Source: a virus
Strand: one strand, 5' to 3'
UHGV virus genome: UHGV-0129090
Length of the DNA: 34,582 nucleotides
Shown here: one piece after another, positions 21,064 through 28,759 of the stretch
How the letters are laid out: each line of letters starts with the position of its first letter
Position numbering within the stretch: position 1 is the stretch's first letter
Notes under the pieces: model-generated
Database searches by the model: none
What the model saw: the letters and a program-made list of their open reading frames with translations, nothing else
What the model was told of the DNA's origin: nothing
Program-made: the position numbers and the translations under genes

Positions 21064-22977
21064 TTATTTAAAGAATCCACCACCTTTACGCGGCCTTATT
21101 ACTCGTTTTGGAGTTGGCTTAGTTGGTGCTTCTTCTGTATTTACTTCTTTATTTAGTCCTGCTTTCTCTTTTTGTTTCGCGTTGTATTCCCTTAGTTGTC
21201 GGAATGGTTGACTACCTAACTTAGATAGATACCACTGGAAACATATAAGCGAGTAATTAAGACAATCGAGAGTTTCATTCCTCGCACTACTAACCTTTTT
21301 CACCCATACCCAGGCACCAGCCTTTATCACTCGTTTCTCGGATGTAATCTGAATAAAGTAATCATCTGGTAATGAATGGCTGAAATGTATTTGTACTTCC
21401 TTACTATTTTCACTATCGGATACAGCACGGTTTAACAATTGTCTAACGTTCGTTTTACCTAAGTTTACATTAAGGTTAATCAGGGAGTGACCACCAGCGG
21501 TACTACCTTTGAATAGTGGGTTTGAGTTAGACGTACCACCCTTAATAGGTTTAAAGATAGTAGAGTTACTGCAATAACGATATACGGTACTGGTTGCGTT
21601 GCCATTACTACTATCGACGAATCCAGCTAATACTTTAAGTGGTTTACCCGAATGTGTTTTCAATGGGGAATTGGCAAAGGCCGTTAGTTTATTCCATGCT
21701 GGGGCTTCGATTTTAGTACAGTCAATTGCGTATATACTGCGATGATCTAAAACATAGAGATTCTTCTCACTTACTCCTAGTGTAGTTACCTCCAACCTGT
21801 CGAGCTGCTGATCGACGCCGTATACCACCCCTAGTACATCGTCGGGTATATTATTAATATCTATTTCACTATCTCTTAGGTTCTCTAACAGTACCAAATC
21901 ATGGTCGGTATTCTCTTTATCAATATATGGTAGTCCTAAGACGTTGTTATAGAATGATGCTAGGTCAAAGGTATAATGTGCTTCGGCAAAGTCTGCCACA
22001 ATTGATTTTATGGAATTGATGGGGGAATAGAGTCTAGATATGTGATAGCCCATTATATCGGTTACTTCTGGTGCTGTTACTATCCATTCACCTTTACGGA
22101 TCATTCGTACGCGTTCTGCTTCGGTGATTACATTATTACACTTAGGACATTCTAGTCTTGCAGTGTCTGCATCAGGTATACGACGGCGACCGCCTTCAAT
22201 AATTTTCCATTCGAATTTAACATTCTCAAATACCATTTCGTGAGAGTGGTTACAGTGAGGGCAAGGTACATAAAACTTTTGTTTATTACTTTGTTCGTAC
22301 TGTTGGGTAATCAGGTCATGTTCATCAAGTGGAGTAGAACAGCACATAATAAGGGGGTTACTAAATGCCTTAGTACGCTGTTCGGCGAGTTTTAAGGGGT
22401 TGCCTTCTTCGCCTAAAGCGTCAACGTTCGAAATTTCATCCAAAAATACGCGAGGGGCCGTTAGACCACGTAGTGAAGCACTACTACCCAATGACAGGAA
22501 GTAGGTAAACGTACCATCTAAATTTTGTTGTGTCTTATCGTTATTAGTATAGTTCTTGTCGTTCTTATTACTAACGAGATTCTTTAGTACCGGACACGCT
22601 TCTATCACTGCCTGCCATTTACCAGTACGGAACTTACTAGTAGTACCACCAGTAGCACCGCCAAATATCATGTTACTTGGATCATTGGCTAGGAAGTAGT
22701 ACATACTATTCTGTAGTACCGTTGTCTTGAGAAGTTGAGCACTGCTCATGAGGACCACTTTGCGGACGCGTGGATTCACGATATCGTTAATGGGTTTATG
22801 CTGGAAGGCGAATAATTTAACACGCTGCCCCTGTAGTTCGCCGTCCGGGAAGACTAGATTACTCTCTACCCAATCCGCTGGTAGTTGTTTCTTCGGAGGT
22901 AGGATTGACTTCGCCGCCCTCGTTAGGATCTTCATCATCTTCTGGTAGTTGTTCTTCATATGTTCCCTCATATTCAT
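21064..22977 (-). CDS. Terminase large subunit, lambda gpA-like (637 aa)
   Basis: Size and position fit. There is a Walker-B-like VFLDEISNV and paired Cys motifs CPHCNHSHE...CPKCNN, which are typical of gpA-family terminases. The start overlaps the TerS 3' end, so the true start may be an internal Met. Confidence 0.8.
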   Translation of the reverse strand: MNMREHMKNNYQKMMKILTRAAKSILPPKKQLPADWVESNLVFPDGELQGQRVKLFAFQHKPINDIVNPRVRKVVLMSSAQLLKTTVLQNSMYYFLANDPSNMIFGGATGGTTSKFRTGKWQAVIEACPVLKNLVSNKNDKNYTNNDKTQQNLDGTFTYFLSLGSSASLRGLTAPRVFLDEISNVDALGEEGNPLKLAEQRTKAFSNPLIMCCSTPLDEHDLITQQYEQSNKQKFYVPCPHCNHSHEMVFENVKFEWKIIEGGRRRIPDADTARLECPKCNNVITEAERVRMIRKGEWIVTAPEVTDIMGYHISRLYSPINSIKSIVADFAEAHYTFDLASFYNNVLGLPYIDKENTDHDLVLLENLRDSEIDINNIPDDVLGVVYGVDQQLDRLEVTTLGVSEKNLYVLDHRSIYAIDCTKIEAPAWNKLTAFANSPLKTHSGKPLKVLAGFVDSSNGNATSTVYRYCSNSTIFKPIKGGTSNSNPLFKGSTAGGHSLINLNVNLGKTNVRQLLNRAVSDSENSKEVQIHFSHSLPDDYFIQITSEKRVIKAGAWVWVKKVSSARNETLDCLNYSLICFQWYLSKLGSQPFRQLREYNAKQKEKAGLNKEVNTEEAPTKPTPKRVIRPRKGGGFFK

Positions 22978-23428
22978 AACCGCCGATTTCTTCTAACTGG
23001 CGGTCTATCTTGTCCTGTAATTTAATTTTTAGTTCTAGAGCGTCCTGTGATTCAAATAGTTCTACATAACTTGCCGCCGGAATACTTCTTAGTACCTGAC
23101 GTAGTTGATAGAAATATTGTGATAATGTTTGCTGTACTACTGCTACCGGAATTAGTTCTCCAGATTGCTGGCGTAGTTCTAATTCTTTTAGGTCTGCTTC
23201 TGCTTCCAGTTTGCGTAGGGTTGCTTTATGAATCATTCCCTTTACATCACCATTACGCATGGGTTCGATTACGTTCGCCAATAGCCAGTCGTCTACTAAT
23301 TTCTTAGGCCAGCTAATATCCAGTCCTTTACCAGACCAGATACGGGATACTGTGGAATGTTCTACCCCGAATCTGTCGGCAATTTCTTGCCATGAATAGC
23401 GGGTTCCATCGTCTTTATTTTTTGCCAT
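22859..23428 (-). CDS. Terminase small subunit (HTH N-terminus), about 189 aa
   Basis: It lies directly upstream of TerL. MAKNKDDGTRYSWQEIADRFGVEHSTVSRIW is an HTH-like DNA-binding start, followed by a coiled coil and an acidic tail. I chose the ATG at 23428 as the start (AGGAAATCAC ATG). Confidence 0.65.
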   Translation of the reverse strand: MAKNKDDGTRYSWQEIADRFGVEHSTVSRIWSGKGLDISWPKKLVDDWLLANVIEPMRNGDVKGMIHKATLRKLEAEADLKELELRQQSGELIPVAVVQQTLSQYFYQLRQVLRSIPAASYVELFESQDALELKIKLQDKIDRQLEEIGGYEYEGTYEEQLPEDDEDPNEGGEVNPTSEETTTSGLGRE

Positions 23429-23559
23429 GTGATTTCCTATGCATATTTTATTCACTTTTGATTGATTGGTATTTTCTATCTATTTCGGTACTGATAGATT
23501 TTATCTATAGATTTGTTTGTTTTATGTAAAATTTCTCACGTATTTTTATTATAACTCGC

Positions 23560-23583
23560 GGCCAAACTTCGCATAGTTTGGCC
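23560..23583. repeat. Perfect 9-bp inverted repeat GGCCAAACT-N6-AGTTTGGCC upstream of the terminase operon
   Basis: Read directly from the sequence. It is followed on the minus strand by GCGAGTTATAAT (a perfect TATAAT at plus 23548-23553). It could be a packaging (cos/terminase-binding) or late-promoter element. The function is unknown. Confidence 0.35.
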
Positions 23584-23743
23584 TATTCAGGAGAACCTAC
23601 CTAAAGTCAAGGGAGTGATTCCATTTTTTTATCTTTTATTTAATATAAAGCACAAATTGCACAAAATCTTGATAGCTTTTACATATCAGTACCGAAGTAT
23701 ACCATCATTCTATTATTCACTGTTTATGCATTGTCTATGCAAT

Positions 23744-24130
23744 CTACTTGAGTATCACCATATTACTAACGATTACATCACAACGATAAGAGATAGGCAG
23801 ACCATCTACGGTACGGTACTGTAAGATCTCGTCGCGTAGTTCCCTTAGTCGGGTTAAGTGTGGTAGCTCACTACCGCTGAATGTATCTAGTGCATTGATA
23901 GGGTAATTAGTACGGCCTATGGTGAAGCGTGAGTAGTTTAATGTAATGTATTTATACTTAAGCGTTAGTGTATAGGTATCTATGAATAGCTCGTAACCGT
24001 CCTGTGTGATGATATGAGCGGTTATTAGCTTATCCTTGCGTGATGGTATGTATCCTGATTCCTGTCGGCCTGTGGTGCTTTCTATGGCCTTATACGTTCC
24101 ATCAGGGAAGTGTAGGTAGATTGTATTCAT
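23744..24130 (-). CDS. Hypothetical protein (128 aa)
   Basis: A long ORF co-oriented with the neighbouring genes. No motif recognised. Confidence 0.6.
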   Translation of the reverse strand: MNTIYLHFPDGTYKAIESTTGRQESGYIPSRKDKLITAHIITQDGYELFIDTYTLTLKYKYITLNYSRFTIGRTNYPINALDTFSGSELPHLTRLRELRDEILQYRTVDGLPISYRCDVIVSNMVILK

Positions 24131-24176
24131 GGTGTGATACTCCTATAGCATGTATAGGAGTATTTAGGGGATGGGA

Positions 24177-24833
24177 TTACTTGAAGTGGCGTTTACCAGT
24201 ATAGCTAGTTACGTATTCAGTATAGCCAGGTATATGTACTGGTGATTGATCTTGTAGCTGTTCTGCCGTTCCATCTGTGAATACTACACGATTTGGATGT
24301 GGGGCACATGGTTTATAGTGTTGTAGGATAAATTCTTTATTATCACTATATTGTAATGAGTCATAAGCTACTACACGTTTGCGATCTTTTAGATATACAT
24401 CATACTTCATTTCTTCCTGTACATCTGGCGGTAGATCTTTGAACAATAAGTTTTCATCAGTAGATATAGTTACGGTTATCTTTGATTTTAGTTCTAATGC
24501 GTAGTGAACTAATACACCGCCAAAATAACGATTAGTACAGCCATGATAATCACCATATAGAGAAGAATAGATAATTGAATCTAGTGCCTCTATTGGATCG
24601 TCTAACCGTTCTGATACTATTTTACGATGTTCATGACGTAAGCGGGATAGATTATCACGGATTTCTACGCAGTCTTCGCTGAGATAGAAACGATAACCTT
24701 TACCTAAATTGAAATGACCTACCCCGATTAGTTCGAATCCCGGCTTACTGGAAGGACGAATATCAATAGTACATGTAAGTCCTTTGCGGTGATCGTGCAT
24801 AATAAATTCTTCAAATAGTTCTTTACCTGTCAT
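24177..24833 (-). CDS. Hypothetical protein (218 aa)
   Basis: A long co-oriented ORF with GAGGAAAAA upstream of the ATG. No motif recognised. Confidence 0.65.
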   Translation of the reverse strand: MTGKELFEEFIMHDHRKGLTCTIDIRPSSKPGFELIGVGHFNLGKGYRFYLSEDCVEIRDNLSRLRHEHRKIVSERLDDPIEALDSIIYSSLYGDYHGCTNRYFGGVLVHYALELKSKITVTISTDENLLFKDLPPDVQEEMKYDVYLKDRKRVVAYDSLQYSDNKEFILQHYKPCAPHPNRVVFTDGTAEQLQDQSPVHIPGYTEYVTSYTGKRHFK

Positions 24834-24857
24834 TATATTTTTCCTCGTTAGATTGAA

Positions 24858-24881
24858 TAGCCCACTGTGAGTAGTGGGCTA
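24858..24881. repeat. Palindrome/hairpin TAGCCCACT-N6-AGTGGGCTA (member 1 of the AGCCCAC family)
   Basis: A 9-bp perfect stem in the 53-bp gap between the 157-aa and 218-aa genes. No T-run follows on either strand. Confidence 0.6.
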
Positions 24882-24886
24882 GATTA

Positions 24887-25360
24887 TTAGTTGGTTACTG
24901 TCATTGATAGAAGGCGAACTATAATTTCTGCTGCATCGCCTGTAATAGTGGTTGGTGGGTTATTATTTGGATCATATACCGTCACACTATTATAATCAGT
25001 GGGTACTACACGACCTATACCGGATAACCTTGCAGCATGGTAATCAGTGTTTTCAAATACACGATCTTCTTCTAATACATTATGAAAGCAAAACGTACCT
25101 AATGCTAAATCACTAATTTGATCTGGTTTAGTAGTGGGATTAGTACAGCGATTCTGTGCGAAGCTATGAAAAGCTGCTGCATCATCGATATGATCACCCC
25201 AATGTGATTTTTTATCGGTGTTTCCCTCATACCATGAATCATTATTCTCTACTACTGTATGACCAGTTTTAGTATTGTGTACTAATACAATTTCATTAGT
25301 ACGGCTACTTAGTGTCACTTCTACATCTGGAAGTGAAGGAATGTTTTTTATAATTTTCAT
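24887..25360 (-). CDS. Hypothetical protein (157 aa)
   Basis: A long co-oriented ORF with AAGGAAAG upstream. No motif recognised. Confidence 0.65.
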   Translation of the reverse strand: MKIIKNIPSLPDVEVTLSSRTNEIVLVHNTKTGHTVVENNDSWYEGNTDKKSHWGDHIDDAAAFHSFAQNRCTNPTTKPDQISDLALGTFCFHNVLEEDRVFENTDYHAARLSGIGRVVPTDYNSVTVYDPNNNPPTTITGDAAEIIVRLLSMTVTN

Positions 25361-25383
25361 TTACTTTCCTTATTAGATTAAAA

Positions 25384-25405
25384 AGCCCACTAATAAAAGT
25401 GGGCT
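25384..25405 (-). terminator. Hairpin AGCCCACT-N6-AGTGGGCT (member 2 of the AGCCCAC family); possible minus-strand attenuator
   Basis: An 8-bp perfect stem. On the minus strand it is followed by TTTTTAATCT. It lies between the 69-aa and 157-aa genes. Confidence 0.5.
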
Positions 25406-25411
25406 ATATTA

Positions 25412-25621
25412 TTAGTTAGTATCGAATAATGGCGGTATTTGTGGTATTTCTACTTCCCCTTCAATTGGTTTGCCGTATTGGTCTGCTACCTTTATTACAG
25501 TTTCCTTATAAGGATTAATACTATAATAGTGTTGATGGTCTTCGGTACTAACAATGATACGCTCAATACTCATATTATATTCCGTGATATTACGGATTGC
25601 TTTAATTAGTTTCTCTGACAT
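25412..25621 (-). CDS. Hypothetical protein (69 aa)
   Basis: A co-oriented ORF in tight spacing. No motif recognised. Confidence 0.5.
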   Translation of the reverse strand: MSEKLIKAIRNITEYNMSIERIIVSTEDHQHYYSINPYKETVIKVADQYGKPIEGEVEIPQIPPLFDTN

Positions 25622-25630
25622 ATATATCCC

Positions 25631-26017
25631 TTATTTTATTTTAACGCAGTTTTGAAAGTAGTAATTACGAGTATCAGATCTCAATAAGAAGATAAAAGTA
25701 ATATCGTTTTGCTCTTTACTTCCCATTGTTGCAAGGAAGTATCGCTGCCTATCATTATCATAAGCCATTGTCATTGAATCATTAGATTCTATTGGTCCGG
25801 TGGCGTGAGTCATTGCACCGAAGTTAAGGATAAAACCATCACTATTAACTTTAGCGTGACCTGCACCAGAATAAGAAGATTTTTCTACTGGAGTATCACC
25901 CAGCATTTCAACTACTTTCACATCACATTGATACAATCCCTGCTCTGGTAGAGAGTGAGTGTTAGCCAGTACCGAAGGAGCTACTAACAGTAATGCAGAT
26001 ACGATAACCTTTTTCAT
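25631..26017 (-). CDS. Secreted (periplasmic) protein, paralog 1 (128 aa)
   Basis: It has a Sec-type signal peptide MKKVIVSALLLVAPSVLA|NT. Two conserved Cys (LYQCDV near the N-terminus, FQNCVKI at the C-terminus) suggest a periplasmic disulfide. Confidence 0.7.
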   Translation of the reverse strand: MKKVIVSALLLVAPSVLANTHSLPEQGLYQCDVKVVEMLGDTPVEKSSYSGAGHAKVNSDGFILNFGAMTHATGPIESNDSMTMAYDNDRQRYFLATMGSKEQNDITFIFLLRSDTRNYYFQNCVKIK

Positions 26018-26026
26018 TTCTATTCC

Positions 26027-26407
26027 TTATTCAATAATACAATTGGAGAAGTTCAAAAATACGGGATTATTCTCATTGCTGACCATATACTGTGTTTTAC
26101 CATCGATTGCACTAATAATAATATCGTACTGGTCAGTATCTACGGCATAGGCCATCAGGCGACCGCTTTTAAGTTTTGAAACAGGGCTGAATGAAATATT
26201 CACATCCCTAAACTTCACACTAACAGCACGGTTATCAATACTCACATAACCAGTCATACCATAATAACCAGTCTTTACTACTCGCTTTCCTACCTGTTCC
26301 CACGATTCAACACCGCAACGATACAGACCATCATCAGGGAGTATTACATTTACTGCCAGTACCGAAGGGGCTACTAACAGTAATGCAGACAGTACAATCT
26401 TTTTCAT
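26027..26407 (-). CDS. Secreted (periplasmic) protein, paralog 2 (126 aa from MKKIVLS)
   Basis: Its signal peptide is nearly identical: MKKIVLSALLLVAPSVLA|VN. The same two-Cys framework is present (LYRCGV ... FSNCIIE). I set the start at 26407 by homology with paralog 1. Confidence 0.7.
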   Translation of the reverse strand: MKKIVLSALLLVAPSVLAVNVILPDDGLYRCGVESWEQVGKRVVKTGYYGMTGYVSIDNRAVSVKFRDVNISFSPVSKLKSGRLMAYAVDTDQYDIIISAIDGKTQYMVSNENNPVFLNFSNCIIE

Positions 26408-26500
26408 AAATTCATCCATTCGGGATTATCTACTTTATCAGAATCAATGGCATTGTTGATGCCAGATAATGACAGTGTTTTTGATTACGGCGACTGCAAT

Positions 26501-26587
26501 TTAATAAGTAGGGTTAATGTATTTTATTATATCATAGTAATATGCAGTCCCCATAACTAAAAGTACGGCAAATATTGTTTTCTTCAT
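26501..26587 (-). CDS. Unannotated 28-codon hydrophobic micro-ORF (MKKTIFAVLLVMGTAYYYDIIKYINPTY), coupled to the lipoprotein gene
   Basis: I translated this by hand. Its ATG shares one base with the TGA of the lipoprotein gene (TGATG). It has a signal/TM-like N-terminus. At 28 aa it is too short for the supplied ORF track. There is no strong SD, so it would rely on termination-reinitiation. Confidence 0.35.
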   Translation of the reverse strand: MKKTIFAVLLVMGTAYYYDIIKYINPTY

Positions 26588-26967
26588 CACAGATTATCGT
26601 CTATATAATTAGTTGGTTTCGAGAACTCAAATTCTGTACCGTAATTATTTGAACGATCAACTATCTTAGTGGTGTTTTTGTGGGGGCCGTGGGCTTTATG
26701 TTCTTCGAAGCTATGAATATTTGTAAGTCGGTCGGCGGCAATAATACAGCTACCAGTAGATGGGCGTTCTTCACCCAATAGCATAGGCTGACAATCACTA
26801 CTGAATTGTGGGCGATACTCTTTACCACCATTTACGGGGAATAATACTAGTGTACGACCGTTAATATCACCTACTACGGCTTCATTCATAAAAGCAGGCG
26901 TTATAGTAGTACAGCCAGTAGTGATTGTAGCCGTAGCGAGTACAGCTAGGGCAAAGAGATGTTTCAT
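26587..26967 (-). CDS. Prophage lipoprotein (126 aa)
   Basis: MKHLFALAVLATATITTG|C is a signal peptide ending in a lipobox-like TTGC with Cys19. The mature part is hydrophilic and has one more Cys pair. Confidence 0.65.
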   Translation of the reverse strand: MKHLFALAVLATATITTGCTTITPAFMNEAVVGDINGRTLVLFPVNGGKEYRPQFSSDCQPMLLGEERPSTGSCIIAADRLTNIHSFEEHKAHGPHKNTTKIVDRSNNYGTEFEFSKPTNYIDDNL

Positions 26968-27075
26968 TAGTAAATCCTTGTAGTGATTGTGTGGAGTGAT
27001 GCTTGATGTGAATTATTATAGCTATGATATTTAGTAATAGCTACTACTTTATTTGTGTAGTAGCTATTATTATTC

Positions 27076-27729
27076 TTATACTACCTTATAGGCTTTAGTA
27101 ACAAGCTCTTTGAAGTCTTGCTCGTCGGCCTGTTTAGGATACTGCTGCTTGTACTCGGCGTAGTATTCTTGTGCTTTCGCGTTCATCTTCCCTTTCTGGT
27201 TTAGATGGAACTCATGACCGTTCCACTTCGCATTAAGCGGGTATTTTTTGCGATAGTCCTCACTATACGCCCGTAAAAACTCGTCAACGTCCGATAGTTC
27301 GGGATTCTTCTTAACCAACTGAATGTATACTTCATCCTTGAGTAATGCCGCTGGTAACTTCTTATTGATTACATTATAGGTTCTTCTTTCGTCCTTCTTG
27401 CTATCAACTATGACTACTTCGAATATCTTATTACCGTTTGGCTTCGATGCTTTTTGTGGTATGGAAGCAGGAGAAGATACGGCAAGTGTAGAAAGCAGTT
27501 CCTCTACACTAGAGAAGCTACCAGACTCTTGTACAAGTGATTCTAATAGCTTCTTAGCTTCGTTTAGTCGCTCGGTACGTAGTGTGCTTACATAGTCCTT
27601 CACTTCGCCCAGGCGTTGAATAAGTGTATCTATATCTTCTTCGTTGACGTTTGCCAGTGCATTGCGGCCTGTTGCGTCGGCAGTCAACATACCTACATTA
27701 AAATCATCATTCAGAATCGTACTGATCAT
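27076..27729 (-). CDS. Hypothetical protein (217 aa from MISTILND); faint H-NS-like layout
   Basis: I chose the start at 27729 because of an ATGA overlap with the upstream 73-aa gene. The segment IDTLIQRLGEVKDYVSTLRTERLNEAKKLLESLVQESGSFSSVEELLSTL recalls the H-NS oligomerisation region plus its ELL linker. A Lys-rich middle and a 100-aa C-terminal region with no match follow. The evidence is weak. Confidence 0.25.
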   Translation of the reverse strand: MISTILNDDFNVGMLTADATGRNALANVNEEDIDTLIQRLGEVKDYVSTLRTERLNEAKKLLESLVQESGSFSSVEELLSTLAVSSPASIPQKASKPNGNKIFEVVIVDSKKDERRTYNVINKKLPAALLKDEVYIQLVKKNPELSDVDEFLRAYSEDYRKKYPLNAKWNGHEFHLNQKGKMNAKAQEYYAEYKQQYPKQADEQDFKELVTKAYKVV

Positions 27730-27947
27730 TTTTGCGGTAATGCTTTTAATGCTTCCCATAATACAGCCTCATTTGGTTTTAACAGTAACTGAGTACAATC
27801 GGTTAGTTTATCTAGATTTGCAAGTGGGATCTCCTTCAAAGTGTTTATCATCTCACTGGTAAGACCAAATTCACTTAGTAGATCTTCTTCGGAAAGTTTC
27901 CGTACTGTATCTATATAGAGCACGTTTAGCTCATTAAGATCATTCAT
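27726..27947 (-). CDS. FlhD-like small helical protein (73 aa)
   Basis: SEFGLTSEMINTLKEIPLANLDKLTDCTQLLLKP aligns by eye with E. coli FlhD [34 protein letters not shown], about 10 identities in 34 positions from memory. It has ATGA overlaps with both neighbours. Confidence 0.35.
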   Translation of the reverse strand: MNDLNELNVLYIDTVRKLSEEDLLSEFGLTSEMINTLKEIPLANLDKLTDCTQLLLKPNEAVLWEALKALPQK

Positions 27948-28141
27948 AGCTTAATGTTCACGCGTTTTCTAGTTAGTAAGTTCAATAGTGCTTCGTTATA
28001 GGTAGTGTGCCACGTCTTACCATCACTAAAAGGCTTATTGATGTGTCGGGGATGCTTAGACATAGTGACCGCCCCTACCTTTCGGTTGTGATCGTCGAAA
28101 ACTTCGGTTATAAGTCCACCAGCAATACAACTAATACGCAT
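27944..28141 (-). CDS. Hypothetical protein (65 aa from MRISCIAGG)
   Basis: This uses the first in-frame ATG. The longer version starts at a GTG and looks non-protein-like. It has an ATGA overlap with the downstream gene. Confidence 0.45.
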   Translation of the reverse strand: MRISCIAGGLITEVFDDHNRKVGAVTMSKHPRHINKPFSDGKTWHTTYNEALLNLLTRKRVNIKL

Positions 28142-28264
28142 GTAAAGATCCCAGCAATGAAGAAAAAGAAATTTGCAGCCGCAAGGTAAGTAAAGGTTAA
28201 TTTTTTCATAGAGTGTCCATATTAACACTACCAGTATATTTCCGGTACTAGTAGTGTAAATTGA

Positions 28265-28558
28265 TTAATGTACGTTAGTAATTTCTTCGGATACTACTTC
28301 TAGTAATGAAGCGAAAGCACGTTCACCATCGAATCGGGCAATAGTGATCTTATCGGTTACACTCTTAGGTAGATTGATGTTCTTTTCCCAATGGAACAAG
28401 CCACCAGACATAAGAAACATACTGAATAATTCACGCTCATTATGACGGGAACTAATTACTACATGAAACATTCCCGTTACACGATTATCAATCTCGTTAA
28501 TCTTGAATCCTAAATCATGTGCCTTAATGATCAAATCAGTAGATACACCCTTAGACAT
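28265..28558 (-). CDS. Hypothetical protein (97 aa)
   Basis: A co-oriented ORF and the first sizeable gene downstream of the predicted minus-strand promoter at 28667-28695. No motif recognised. Confidence 0.6.
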   Translation of the reverse strand: MSKGVSTDLIIKAHDLGFKINEIDNRVTGMFHVVISSRHNERELFSMFLMSGGLFHWEKNINLPKSVTDKITIARFDGERAFASLLEVVSEEITNVH

Positions 28559-28637
28559 TTTCGATACTCCCTACGATTAGTAACAAGGTTATGATGACTA
28601 CAAATAGTACATGCTCTTTAGTGATAGTGAACGTCAT
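28551..28637 (-). CDS. Unannotated 28-codon single-TM micro-ORF (MTFTITKEHVLFVVIITLLLIVGSIENV)
   Basis: I translated this by hand. GAGGA lies 6 nt upstream of the ATG at 28637. Its end overlaps the start of the 97-aa gene by 8 nt (ATGTCTAA). It is the first ORF after the predicted promoter. Confidence 0.45.
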   Translation of the reverse strand: MTFTITKEHVLFVVIITLLLIVGSIENV

Positions 28638-28666
28638 GTTGTGTCCTCGTTGTATTGACACCACTG

Positions 28667-28695
28667 ATACTAGGATCATTAGTATCTAACGTCAA
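28667..28695 (-). promoter_or_regulatory. Sigma70-like promoter on the minus strand (TTGACG-17 nt-TAGTAT)
   Basis: The -35 TTGACG is plus 28690-28695 (cgtcaa). The -10 TAGTAT is plus 28667-28672 (atacta). The spacer is 17 nt. It would drive the micro-ORF, the 97-aa gene and onward. Confidence 0.45.
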
Positions 28696-28698
28696 CAC

Positions 28699-28744
28699 TA
28701 GTTACTAAAATAATTTATTAGTAGAAAACGCTTGATAGTAACTA
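28699..28744. promoter_or_regulatory. Two copies of the palindrome TAGTnACTA (28699-28707, 28736-28744) between and over the divergent promoters; candidate operators
   Basis: TAGTTACTA sits just upstream of the minus -35. TAGTAACTA overlaps the plus -35 (TTGA[TAGTAACTA]). A looser palindrome TACTAAAATAATTTATTAGTA lies between them. Confidence 0.35.
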
Positions 28745-28759
28745 ACGGTAGTGTATACT
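28732..28759 (+). promoter_or_regulatory. Sigma70-like promoter on the plus strand (TTGATA-16 nt-TATACT)
   Basis: The -35 is at 28732-28737 and the -10 at 28754-28759, about 40 nt upstream of the 60-aa plus-strand gene. Confidence 0.5.

Noticed and set aside
23615-23824. Plus-strand 69-aa ORF in the gap upstream of the terminase genes
   Set aside because: Its sequence is AT-rich and low-complexity (MIPFFYLLFNIKHKL...). It has no SD and overlaps the 3' end of the minus-strand 128-aa gene. It is probably not coding.
27398-28189. Plus-strand ORFs 27398-27595, 27644-27862 and 28007-28189
   Set aside because: They are antisense to an ATGA-coupled minus-strand gene chain. They have no start signals and shadow-like sequences.
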